DNA of 64,000 nt from an uncultured bacterium. Its GTDB lineage: Bacteria > Fidelibacterota > Marinisomatia > Marinisomatales > UBA1611. The position numbers were made by a program, and so were the translations under genes. The DNA lies in assembly GCA_943788175.1 (NCBI GenBank), contig CALSPG010000001.1:256001-320000 (forward strand), written 5' to 3'. Positions 44,651-54,282 of this stretch are shown piece by piece (positions within the stretch are counted from its first letter, which is position 1; each line of letters starts with the position of its first letter). The notes under the pieces are model-generated. The model did not search any database and had not been told where the DNA came from. It was given only the letters and a program-made list of their open reading frames with translations.

Positions 44651-46032
44651 TATATGCTTTCAATATCTGTGAAATGACCAGCCACAGCAGCAGCTGCAGC
44701 CATAGCAGGACTTACAAGATGAGTACGCCCACCCTGCCCTTGTCTTCCTTCAAAATTTCGGTTGGAGGTCGATGCACACCTTTCACCTGGATTCAGTCTA
44801 TCTGCATTCATTGCGAGGCACATAGAACAGCCCGGATCTCTCCATTCAAATCCAGCTTCAAGAAATATTTTATCCAATCCTTCTTCTTCTGCTTGTCTTT
44901 TTATTGGACCTGAGCCTGGAACTACCATTGCAAGTTTTATAGAGGTGCTAATTTTTTTATTTTTTACAACTTCTGCCGCTGATCTTAAATCTTCTATTCT
45001 ACTGTTTGTACAAGATCCAATGAAAATTTTATCAAGCTTAATATTTCTGATTTTTGTTCCAGGAGCCAAGTCCATGTACTTAAGAGCTGAGGAATAAGAT
45101 TTTTCTGCTCCAAGAGGAATTTCTCCATTTATATTCGTTACCATCTCTGGGGATGTTCCCCAGGTCACCATAGAACTAACATCTTCTCCATTAATATCTA
45201 TAATTTTGTCAAATGATGCGTTGCTATCAGAGTTAAGTGTCTTCCAGTACTTAACTGCTTCTTCAAATTTATTTTTTGATGGAGCATAATTTTTATTTTG
45301 TAAATAATGAATAGTTTTATCGTCTACTCCAATAAGACCTGCCCTAGCCCCAGCCTCAATAGTCATATTGCATACTGTCATTCTTCCCTCCATAGAAAGC
45401 GACCTAATAACAGAACCGCCAAATTCAATAGAATATCCAGTTCCTCCTGCAGTGCCAATCTTACCTATTATAAATAAAATTAAATCTTTAGCTGTAATCC
45501 CATTTGATAGTTGACCATTAATATTAATTAGCATAGTCTTAGATCTTTTTTGAATTAAACACTGAGTCGCCAATACATGCTCTACTTCAGAAGTACCGAT
45601 TCCAAATGCTAATGTACCAAATGCACCATGTGTTGAGGTGTGTGAATCACCACAAACAATAGTCATTCCAGGTAATGTCAAACCTTGCTCTGGACCAATA
45701 ATATGGACAATACCTTGACTAGGATCATTCATACTGAATTTTTTTACATTAAAGTTTTCGCAGTTTTCTTCAAGAGTCTCAACTTGAATTTTTGAAACGG
45801 GGTCAGTTATTCCTTTATGCCTGTTCTTTGTTGGGATATTATGATCAGGTACAGCAAAATTTGAATTGGTCCTCCAAAGCCTCCTCTTTGCAATCCTCAA
45901 TCCTTCAAAAGCTTGTGGAGATGTGACTTCATGAATATAATGTCTATCTATATAAAGTAAGTCAAAACCGTTTTTATTAGATTTAACACAATGGGAATCC
46001 CAAATTTTATCGTACAGTGTTTTTGGTGTCAT
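44650..46032 (-). CDS. leuC: 3-isopropylmalate dehydratase large subunit
   Basis: [38 protein letters not shown]. Confidence 0.97.
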   Translation of the reverse strand: MTPKTLYDKIWDSHCVKSNKNGFDLLYIDRHYIHEVTSPQAFEGLRIAKRRLWRTNSNFAVPDHNIPTKNRHKGITDPVSKIQVETLEENCENFNVKKFSMNDPSQGIVHIIGPEQGLTLPGMTIVCGDSHTSTHGAFGTLAFGIGTSEVEHVLATQCLIQKRSKTMLININGQLSNGITAKDLILFIIGKIGTAGGTGYSIEFGGSVIRSLSMEGRMTVCNMTIEAGARAGLIGVDDKTIHYLQNKNYAPSKNKFEEAVKYWKTLNSDSNASFDKIIDINGEDVSSMVTWGTSPEMVTNINGEIPLGAEKSYSSALKYMDLAPGTKIRNIKLDKIFIGSCTNSRIEDLRSAAEVVKNKKISTSIKLAMVVPGSGPIKRQAEEEGLDKIFLEAGFEWRDPGCSMCLAMNADRLNPGERCASTSNRNFEGRQGQGGRTHLVSPAMAAAAAVAGHFTDIESI

Positions 46033-46035
46033 GTT

Positions 46036-47619
46036 CTACACGTTCACAGATTCTTCAATAAATAAAAGATATCTACTGTTTTTATCATTTTCATATTGGT
46101 TTAATGCGTCTAAATAAGCTTTAACACTTGCTTTGATTGTATCGGTTGATGTTCCCTTTGATATATATAAAGAGTCATTAATAAACAGTCTTATTATCAC
46201 TTCTCCGAATGCATCCTTTCCGCTGGTTATCGATCTAACCTTGTAATCATGAAGCTTAATATCATAATCAAGCTTTAAAGCTCTCTTGATAGCTTTAAAA
46301 CAGGCTGCTACAGGCCCATCACCTGTTGCAGATTCTTGTTCAATACTATCTGGTGTCTTTATGCGTACAGTAGCGGTGGGTATAGTATTAGTGCCATTAT
46401 TAACATGAAGGTAGTCCAGTTCGTATGAGTTATTTTTATTCACATTTCTATCGCCCATCAATATTCTAAGGTCATCATCGAATATTTCTTTTTTCTTATC
46501 CGCTAATTCTAAAAACTTAGAATAAACTTTATTCATCTCTTTATTAGTAAGCTCGTATCCTAATTCAGATAACCTAGATTGGATACCATGCCTACCAGAA
46601 TGACGACCAAGTATAATTTTACTTTTATTTAGACCTACAGACTCAGGAGTCATTATTTCATAAGTTTCTCTGTTTTTTAAAAATCCATCTTGATGTATAC
46701 CTGATTCATGAGCAAAAGCATTGTCACCAACAATGGCTTTATTTGCTTGAACAATCATACCAGTATGTTTAGAAACCATTTTACTGGTATTATAAATTTC
46801 TTTTGTGACTATATCTGTATCAAAGTCCCAATAATCATTTCTAACATTCAGACTCATGACTATTTCCTCGAGAGAGGCATTACCAGCGCGTTCACCTATG
46901 CCATTTATGGTACACTCAACCTGTCGCGCCCCTGATGATATCGCAGACAGAGAGTTTGCTACTGCCAACCCTAGATCATTATGACAATGAACACTAATAA
47001 TTGCCTTTCGAATATTTCTAACCTTCTTCTTTATTAATAATATTTTTTCACCAAATTCTAAAGGCATAGTGTATCCAGTCGTATCAGGTACATTAATTAC
47101 TGTCGCGCCAGCATCAATGACAGCCTCTATAATCTCGCACAAATAATTAATATCTGTTCTACCAGCGTCTTCAGGAGAAAACTCAACATCATCTGTTAAT
47201 GTTTTAGCATAGGTGACTGCATCAGCTGCCATTTTAATAACTGTTTCTCTTTTCTCGTTAAGATTTATACCGTATTTCGTATCTGAAAACTTTCCCATGA
47301 TATGAATATCAGAAGTGCCCGCAAATGTATGAATACGATAATTATTTGCATTCTTTAAGGCCTCATACGCTTTCTTTACATCTTTCGGAATTGACCTCGC
47401 TAGAGCGGCTATTATGGGACCATCTGTACTGCCTGATATTCTTTCTACAGCCTCAAACTGAGCTTTTGAAGAAACAGGAAAACCAGCTTCAATTACATCA
47501 ACATTTAATTTTGATAGTTGTTTTGCTATCTCGACTTTTTCTTCAATTTCAAGAGAAGAGCCAGGTGCTTGTTCTCCATCTCTAAGGGTAGTATCAAAAA
47601 TAACTATTTTATCGCTCAT
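46036..47619 (-). CDS. leuA: 2-isopropylmalate synthase
   Basis: DTTLRDGEQ, HCHNDLG, GERAGN, HESGIHQDG. Confidence 0.96.
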   Translation of the reverse strand: MSDKIVIFDTTLRDGEQAPGSSLEIEEKVEIAKQLSKLNVDVIEAGFPVSSKAQFEAVERISGSTDGPIIAALARSIPKDVKKAYEALKNANNYRIHTFAGTSDIHIMGKFSDTKYGINLNEKRETVIKMAADAVTYAKTLTDDVEFSPEDAGRTDINYLCEIIEAVIDAGATVINVPDTTGYTMPLEFGEKILLIKKKVRNIRKAIISVHCHNDLGLAVANSLSAISSGARQVECTINGIGERAGNASLEEIVMSLNVRNDYWDFDTDIVTKEIYNTSKMVSKHTGMIVQANKAIVGDNAFAHESGIHQDGFLKNRETYEIMTPESVGLNKSKIILGRHSGRHGIQSRLSELGYELTNKEMNKVYSKFLELADKKKEIFDDDLRILMGDRNVNKNNSYELDYLHVNNGTNTIPTATVRIKTPDSIEQESATGDGPVAACFKAIKRALKLDYDIKLHDYKVRSITSGKDAFGEVIIRLFINDSLYISKGTSTDTIKASVKAYLDALNQYENDKNSRYLLFIEESVNV

Positions 47620-47628
47620 TATGGTTCT

Positions 47629-48711
47629 CTAATCTTTGTTAGTTAAAAGTTTTCTATAGTTTTCTATTACCAGTTCTGTGAATTCAACAGTCGATAAATT
47701 TTTATTTTTATCGTTTACAATATCAGGAGTTCCATATCCTGCATCTAATGAATCACTAACCGCTTGATGAAGATTCGATTCTATAGTTTTTTCATTAAAT
47801 GAAATACCCATCATCATTGCAATAGACAGAATAGACGCTATAGGGTTCGCAATATTTTTACCCGCTAGGTCCGGAGCAGAACCATGAACTGGTTCATACA
47901 TAGAAAAATTATCACCAATACTTGCAGATGGTAGCATTCCTAAGCTTCCTGTAATCATAGCAGAGATATCACTCAAAATATCACCAAATAAATTTTGAGT
48001 GACAATTACATCAAACTGCTTAGGGTTATGAATAATCTGCATTGCAGCATTATCCACATACATATCAGATAACATTACGTCTGGATAATTTTTATGAACA
48101 TCATGTATAATATTTTGCCAAAATTGAGAGCTCTCTAATACATTTGATTTATGAACTGAGACTAAGTTTTTTGAACGACTTTGAGCCAGCTTGAATGATA
48201 CATGGGCGATTCGTTCAACTTCTTTTTTTGTATATTCTAATGTATTCCAGCCTCTATCCGCTTCTAAACCCCTAGGACTACCAAAATATATTCCGCCCGT
48301 TAATTCTCTTACAATCATAATATTCGTACCTTCAATTATATTAGGCTTTAAGCTAGATGAATGAACTAAAGCTTTAAAAATATTTGCCGGTCTTAAGTTC
48401 GAGAACAGAGAAAGTGATTTTCTTAATTTTAAGAGTGCTTGTTCAGGTTTCTTATCATGCTCTACATTGTCCCACTTGGGACCACCTACAGCACCCAAAA
48501 AAACAGAATCAGAAGACAGGCAAGCTTCTAGAGTGTCGTTCGTGAGAGGTGTATCATATAAATCAATAGATTTACCCCCAATTTCCTTTTCTATAATAGT
48601 AAATTCTAATTCACTGTGCCTTGAGACTTCTTTTAATACTTCTACAGCGGAAGTAGTTATTTCAGGTCCTATTCCGTCACCAGGAAGCGTTATTATGTTA
48701 TAATTTTTCAT
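47629..48711 (-). CDS. leuB: 3-isopropylmalate dehydrogenase
   Basis: PGDGIGPE, RELTGGIYFG, NLFGDILSD, EPVHGSAPD. Confidence 0.97.
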   Translation of the reverse strand: MKNYNIITLPGDGIGPEITTSAVEVLKEVSRHSELEFTIIEKEIGGKSIDLYDTPLTNDTLEACLSSDSVFLGAVGGPKWDNVEHDKKPEQALLKLRKSLSLFSNLRPANIFKALVHSSSLKPNIIEGTNIMIVRELTGGIYFGSPRGLEADRGWNTLEYTKKEVERIAHVSFKLAQSRSKNLVSVHKSNVLESSQFWQNIIHDVHKNYPDVMLSDMYVDNAAMQIIHNPKQFDVIVTQNLFGDILSDISAMITGSLGMLPSASIGDNFSMYEPVHGSAPDLAGKNIANPIASILSIAMMMGISFNEKTIESNLHQAVSDSLDAGYGTPDIVNDKNKNLSTVEFTELVIENYRKLLTNKD

Positions 48712-48828
48712 ATTAATTAATTCGGTTATTATATTTTAAATCAACACTGATAAATAATCTGCATAATTAAGAAGTTTTGTGGAAGAATGTATTCCCAAGT
48801 ACCGCTCAAACAGAATTATTATTTCTTA

Positions 48829-48966
48829 TTAAGCGGTCAGAAAAGCGCGAATAATAATCAGGGATAAGATAACGTAATTAATAAAGAGGACTAAGACATG
48901 TTTTCTTGGTCCTTCAAACGAAGGTAATTCTAGCAGTTTAGTTCTGATGTGATTTATTGACTTCAT
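48829..48966 (-). promoter_or_regulatory. Putative branched-chain amino-acid leader peptide (45 aa)
   Basis: MKSINHIRTKLLELPSFEGPRKHVLVLFINYVILSLIIIRAFLTA*; its stop codon is within a hairpin ACCGCTTAA...TTGAGCGGT upstream of leuB. Confidence 0.6.
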
Positions 48967-49202
48967 TAATAACGTTTACTTAGGAAATTTATTTTAATAA
49001 AATAACTACCGTAAATTAAAAATTAATTTTTTATACGCAAATAAATAATATTTTAAAGTAGCAATACTGTATTACTTCAAAATTTCATTTAAGATTGTTA
49101 AAAAACCATAGTAAACTTGAAGTTGTAATTAAAAATTAATTAGACAAATACTTTAATAAGTACAATTTATTAATTTATTAAAACCAATATAAAGTAAACA
49201 TT

Positions 49203-50792
49203 GTGTGTGGAATATTTACCGTTTATAACACTGACTACCGATGGGATTCTCTAGAAGATTCATTTAATAAAATATCTTACAGAGGTCCAGATTCAAGTAG
49301 CCATTTACATGTTAATAATAAGCTAACAATGGCTTTTCATCGGCTTGCAATAATGGGCTTAAGTGATTCTGGTAACCAGCCAATGAAGCATCCAAATGAT
49401 GATTCTCTAACTCTTATGTGCAATGGAGAGATTTACAATTATAAAGTTCTTGCTCAGAAATACAACTTTAACCTTTCAACAGGATCTGATTGTGAAATTA
49501 TTTTACATTTATTTAAAGAGCTAGGATTGATGAAAACTATAAATCAGCTAGATGGTGTATTTATGTTTACTATATATGACGAAATAAATGATATCTTATA
49601 TGCTGGTCGTGATCCTATGGGTGTTAGACCAGGATTTATTGCAAATACTGAAGATGAAACAATTATATCATCAGAGGCTAAATCTTTAATCAAATTTTCT
49701 AAAAATATTATCCCTTTCCCTCCTGGCACGTGGTGGTCTTCAGATAATCCATCTAAATTTGAAAGATATTTTCACTACGATTCAAATAAGCCTTCATCAG
49801 ATAATGAAAATGTACTTCTAGGAAATGTTAAATCTTTACTAGTTGAAGCAGTCTTAAAGAGACTAATGTCAGAAAGAGAGATAGGTTGTTTGTTATCTGG
49901 TGGACTTGACTCTAGTTTGATTGCAAGCATAGTCTCGAAGAATTACAGTGGGGGAAAGTTAAATACTTTCTCTATTGGTATCGATAGTAGTATAGATCTT
50001 CAATATGCGCAAATAGTTGCAAATTTTATTCAATCAAATCACCATAGTATTCAAATATCTGAAAAAGAATTTTTAGATGCGATAGAAACGGTTATCTATA
50101 ACATAGAATCATATGACACTACTACTGTTCGAGCAAGTGTGGGTAATTACCTAGTTTCAAAATATATAAAAGAAAATACAGACTGTAAGGTCATATTTAA
50201 TGGTGATGGAAGTGATGAAGTGTGTTGCGGCTATTTATACCTTAGAAACGCACCTAATTCCAAAGACTTACAATTGGAAAGCGAGAAACTCGTTAAAGAA
50301 CTTTATTTATTTGACGTTTTAAGATCAGATCGTTGTATCAGTTCGAATGGATTAGAAGCGCGCACGCCATTTTTGGACAAAAAATTTGTAAAATATTATT
50401 TATCTATTCCAGCAGAATTAAAAACATTCAATACAAAAGATAAAATTGAAAAAAATCTGCTAAGAAAAGCATTTGATGATGAGACATTCTTGCCAAAGGA
50501 TGTGTTGTGGAGGCGTAAAGTAGCCTTTTCTGACGGGGTGAGTTCACAAGAAAAATCTTGGCATAAAATCATTCAAGAATACGTAAATAAAAAAATAACA
50601 GATAAAGAATTCTTAAATGCTCAAAGATTAATGCCTCATTGCACTCCGTTATTAAAAGAGAGTTATTACTATAGAAAAATATTTGAAAATTTTTTTCCAG
50701 AAAGTGAAAAGCTCATTCCGCACTTTTGGATGCCAAAGTGGTCAGATGCAACTGACCCTTCAGCAAGAGAATTAAAAAATTATAAGGAATAA
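49203..50792 (+). CDS. asnB: Asparagine synthase (glutamine-hydrolysing)
   Basis: N-terminal MCGIF, RGPD, HRLAI, NGEIYN, LSGGLDSS. Confidence 0.95.
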   Translation: MCGIFTVYNTDYRWDSLEDSFNKISYRGPDSSSHLHVNNKLTMAFHRLAIMGLSDSGNQPMKHPNDDSLTLMCNGEIYNYKVLAQKYNFNLSTGSDCEIILHLFKELGLMKTINQLDGVFMFTIYDEINDILYAGRDPMGVRPGFIANTEDETIISSEAKSLIKFSKNIIPFPPGTWWSSDNPSKFERYFHYDSNKPSSDNENVLLGNVKSLLVEAVLKRLMSEREIGCLLSGGLDSSLIASIVSKNYSGGKLNTFSIGIDSSIDLQYAQIVANFIQSNHHSIQISEKEFLDAIETVIYNIESYDTTTVRASVGNYLVSKYIKENTDCKVIFNGDGSDEVCCGYLYLRNAPNSKDLQLESEKLVKELYLFDVLRSDRCISSNGLEARTPFLDKKFVKYYLSIPAELKTFNTKDKIEKNLLRKAFDDETFLPKDVLWRRKVAFSDGVSSQEKSWHKIIQEYVNKKITDKEFLNAQRLMPHCTPLLKESYYYRKIFENFFPESEKLIPHFWMPKWSDATDPSARELKNYKE

Positions 50793-50810
50793 TTCAGCCA
50801 TTTTGTAATT

Positions 50811-52307
50811 TTATTTTAAAAGAACCATTTTCATGGACTGTTGACTTTCATTTGTTGTTAGTCTAAAAAAGTAAAGCCCGGCAGAAACAGCATTTCCATT
50901 TCTATCAAGAGAATTCCACGCAAGAGTCTTGAATCCCGCAGTTTGATGTCTATTTAATAATGTTTTTACCAACTTTCCTTTAGCATCATATATTGAAACC
51001 TTAACAATACCATCAAATGGGAGTTCGTAATTAATTGCCGTAGAAGGATTAAATGGATTTGGATAATTTTGATGCAACATAAACTCTTTTGGTAAATAGT
51101 TGTTACTATGTGCATATAGCGATGAGTTTACTATTAATGTTTCGCTGTAAGGCCCTCTATTTCCTGCATGATCAAAAGCAGAAATTCTATAATAAACAGT
51201 TACACTTTCTAAATATTCTAAGTCTGAATGAAGGTTATTTGTTGTAACAATAGATTCATATTGGTCTGTCTCAAATAATGGGTCAGCAGATTTATCAATT
51301 TCATAATAGTTGAAATCACTATCAGATATGTGGTCCCAACGTAGTTGAACAGAATTTTGATTTAGAGTAAAGTTAAAATTTGCTGGAGTATTTGGTGCAA
51401 GATTATCTATTGAATAACCATATCCAACAATACTCACAGGGTTGATATCAATCTCATAGTTTTGTGCTATTACTCTAAAACCTGTCATTCCGTTGTGTTG
51501 ATCGGAAGAGTCTGATAAAGTCAGAGCTTCATAGTAGTATACCTTTTCCCCTAATCCTCCGAAAGATCCAAGATTTACCCAATTAGGATCATCAAACCGT
51601 TGAATAGTATAGCTATCTATACCATGGGGGTGAGCATCTACATCAATCATAGATCTATTAATTTCTAAATAAACGCGCCCACCTTGATCATCAGATATAT
51701 CTTGTATGCTTATAATATTAGGAGAAACATCTATGGGGCCTGATCTCCAATAAGAGACACCTCCGCCTCCGCCTCCACCATCGCCGTCTCCACCTCCTCC
51801 GGGCCAACCTGTGCCATTACCTGATGTCCAGCTAGTAAAATTAATATCATAGTATTTTTGGTCAGGTATTGAATAAAACGAACCGACCGTTCCAGGTAGA
51901 AATTTAGGAACGTAAATAATGTTAAATACACCGACTGCAAGATATTCACTTACATATGCAAAAGAAGGACGACCTCTCCATAGCGTATTAGACGGTGAAC
52001 CAGATATGTAGCTGTTTTCAGTAATTGGATTATATATAGCTTGGTTGTTTCCCCGCATGAGAGCAACATCATCTGAAATTATGTCCCAATTATCAGAATC
52101 GGTAGGGTCGGCATAATCTTCTTTCTGATAATAAACTGTCCCTTCATTGCAGAATGATATGGGTAATTCGTCACAGCAATTATCTTCGCCATACGCATAT
52201 TCCAACACATCAATACCTTGTCCGTTAATATGATTCTGATACATCTCAAGACACTGAGGATACGATAAAGAATTTATAATAAGTAATATTAGTAAAATTC
52301 TAAGCAT
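50811..52307 (-). CDS. Secreted protein with Gly-rich loop, FN3-like and C-terminal sorting domain
   Basis: Signal peptide; DQGGRV motif; DNLAPNTP..YYRISAFD FN3-like segment; NYPNPFNP tail. Confidence 0.8.
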   Translation of the reverse strand: MLRILLILLIINSLSYPQCLEMYQNHINGQGIDVLEYAYGEDNCCDELPISFCNEGTVYYQKEDYADPTDSDNWDIISDDVALMRGNNQAIYNPITENSYISGSPSNTLWRGRPSFAYVSEYLAVGVFNIIYVPKFLPGTVGSFYSIPDQKYYDINFTSWTSGNGTGWPGGGGDGDGGGGGGGVSYWRSGPIDVSPNIISIQDISDDQGGRVYLEINRSMIDVDAHPHGIDSYTIQRFDDPNWVNLGSFGGLGEKVYYYEALTLSDSSDQHNGMTGFRVIAQNYEIDINPVSIVGYGYSIDNLAPNTPANFNFTLNQNSVQLRWDHISDSDFNYYEIDKSADPLFETDQYESIVTTNNLHSDLEYLESVTVYYRISAFDHAGNRGPYSETLIVNSSLYAHSNNYLPKEFMLHQNYPNPFNPSTAINYELPFDGIVKVSIYDAKGKLVKTLLNRHQTAGFKTLAWNSLDRNGNAVSAGLYFFRLTTNESQQSMKMVLLK

Positions 52308-52639
52308 AAATGTTTTCTCATTTGAATTATAACGAATAAATATTCGATCAAAATGGACATAAAAGCAAATTACTAATGTAAATGCAATCGGTTCTTAACC
52401 GAGGTTAATAATTAAGCTCATTATAAAATGATAATGAAACCATATAAAGCAAAAATTATTTTTTTAAAAATATTAAGTAATCTTGATGACGCATTGTATT
52501 ATAATCAACATTTTAAGTTTTTAAAACTACGTTTCAATTATTATAATTAGATGTCTATTAGGGTGAGATAAAAAAATGGTTTTCTATAAATAAAAATATT
52601 AATGCTAGAAAATTGTTATTTTTTTTTTTAATTTTAGTT

Positions 52640-52723
52640 ATGTTTTTATTTCAACATATAATCAAATCTTCCTTCGTTTGGTGGCCATCCCGGCCATATA
52701 TATCCTTTAATTACGCTTCGTAG
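52640..52723 (+). promoter_or_regulatory. Putative Trp leader peptide / attenuator of trpB2
   Basis: MFLFQHIIKSSFVWWPSRPYISFNYAS* with tandem TGG TGG, followed by overlapping alternative hairpins. Confidence 0.75.
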
Positions 52724-52797
52724 CGTACTACTCCAGTACATAAATTTTAAAAAACATTCGCATGCGAATTATTTTCGCCTGCTAAATAATAAGGAAT

Positions 52798-54153
52798 ATG
52801 ATGAATATTAAAACAACTTTAACAGAAGACAGTATCCCAGAAAATTACTATAATATAGCAGCAGACTTAAAAGAACCTCTATCTCCAGTTTTACATCCTG
52901 GAACAAAAGATCCAGTTGGGCCAGATGATCTATCTCCAATGTTCCCGATGGAGCTCATTGGGCAAGAAGTAAGTCAGGATAGATACATAACAATACCAGA
53001 TGAAATTCGAGATATATACCGATTATATCGTCCTACGCCTCTATATCGTGCAAGATCGTTAGAGAAGGCATTAGATACACCAGCAAAAATATACTATAAA
53101 TATGAAGGTGTTAGCCCAACTGGTAGCCATAAACCAAATACGGCGATCGCTCAAGCATATTATAATAAAAGAGAGGGTATTGAAAAGTTGACAACAGAAA
53201 CAGGTGCAGGTCAATGGGGATGCTCATTGGCATTTGCTTGCGCAAAGTTTGGAATAGATCTTGATGTTTTCATGGTAAAAGTAAGTTACAATCAAAAACC
53301 CTACAGAAGAGCAATGATGGAGGCTTACGGTGCAAACTGTATAGCCAGTCCCTCTAAGTATTCTGAAGTCGGTAGAGAGATATTAGCGAAAACTCCAGAT
53401 TCAACTGGGAGCTTAGGAATAGCTATTTCTGAAGCAGTTGAAAAATGTGTTACAGATTCAAATACAAAGTATGCTCTTGGTTCTGTTCTGAACCATGTTC
53501 TAACACATCAGACAATCATAGGACAGGAAGCAATGGAACAACTAGCAAGTATCGAAGAATATCCTGATACCATAGTTGGTTGTACTGGAGGTGGAAGTAA
53601 CTTTGCAGGTATTGCTTTTCCTTTCCTTGGTAAATCACTTAGAAATGATGAAAGTATTGAATTAAGGGCAATAGAACCTTCTGCATGTCCTAGTTTAACT
53701 AAAGGTAAGTTTGCTTATGATTTTGGAGATACAGGTGGAATGACTCCTCTAGTAAAGATGCATACACTTGGTTCAAACTTTATACCTTCTGGTTTTCATG
53801 CCGGTGGTTTGAGGTATCATGGAATGGCTCCTATTGTAAGTCATTTAGTTAATAACGGATATGTTAATCCAGAATCATATACGCAGTTAGATGTTTTCAA
53901 AGCCGGACTCTTATTTGCTAAGAATGAAGGTATTATCCCAGCTCCTGAGGCGAACCATGCTGTGAAGGGTGCTATAGAGGCGGCTTTAAGAGCTAAAGAA
54001 AGCGGTGAAAATAAAACGATTCTTTTTAACCTTTGTGGACATGGGAACTTTGATATGCAAGCTTATACAGATTACTTTGAGGGCAAGTTATTTGATCAGG
54101 AATATTCAGATGAAGAGATTGGTATGGCACTATCGGGACTTCCTTCCGTTTAA
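52798..54153 (+). CDS. trpB2: TrpB2-type tryptophan synthase beta (stand-alone)
   Basis: KYEGVSPTGSHKPNTA, TETGAGQWG, GSLGIAISEA, HAGGLRYHG; no trpA in window. Confidence 0.92.
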   Translation: MMNIKTTLTEDSIPENYYNIAADLKEPLSPVLHPGTKDPVGPDDLSPMFPMELIGQEVSQDRYITIPDEIRDIYRLYRPTPLYRARSLEKALDTPAKIYYKYEGVSPTGSHKPNTAIAQAYYNKREGIEKLTTETGAGQWGCSLAFACAKFGIDLDVFMVKVSYNQKPYRRAMMEAYGANCIASPSKYSEVGREILAKTPDSTGSLGIAISEAVEKCVTDSNTKYALGSVLNHVLTHQTIIGQEAMEQLASIEEYPDTIVGCTGGGSNFAGIAFPFLGKSLRNDESIELRAIEPSACPSLTKGKFAYDFGDTGGMTPLVKMHTLGSNFIPSGFHAGGLRYHGMAPIVSHLVNNGYVNPESYTQLDVFKAGLLFAKNEGIIPAPEANHAVKGAIEAALRAKESGENKTILFNLCGHGNFDMQAYTDYFEGKLFDQEYSDEEIGMALSGLPSV

Positions 54154-54282
54154 AAGTGATTATGATATAGCTAATGAAGGAGGTAATTGTTTTTAAATAA
54201 AGGGCTTTGCCTCCTTCTTTTGTAAATCGTCTTGAAACTATATCATTCTTTTAAAAAGAAATAATTGCTTTTTTATGAATTG

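Noticed and set aside
48050-48058. DnaA box TTATCCACA
   Set aside because: Single copy inside leuB; no oriC context.
52388-52407. Overlapping palindromes TCGGTT..AACCGA and TAACC-GA-GGTTA
   Set aside because: Short, single occurrence; cannot be distinguished from chance.
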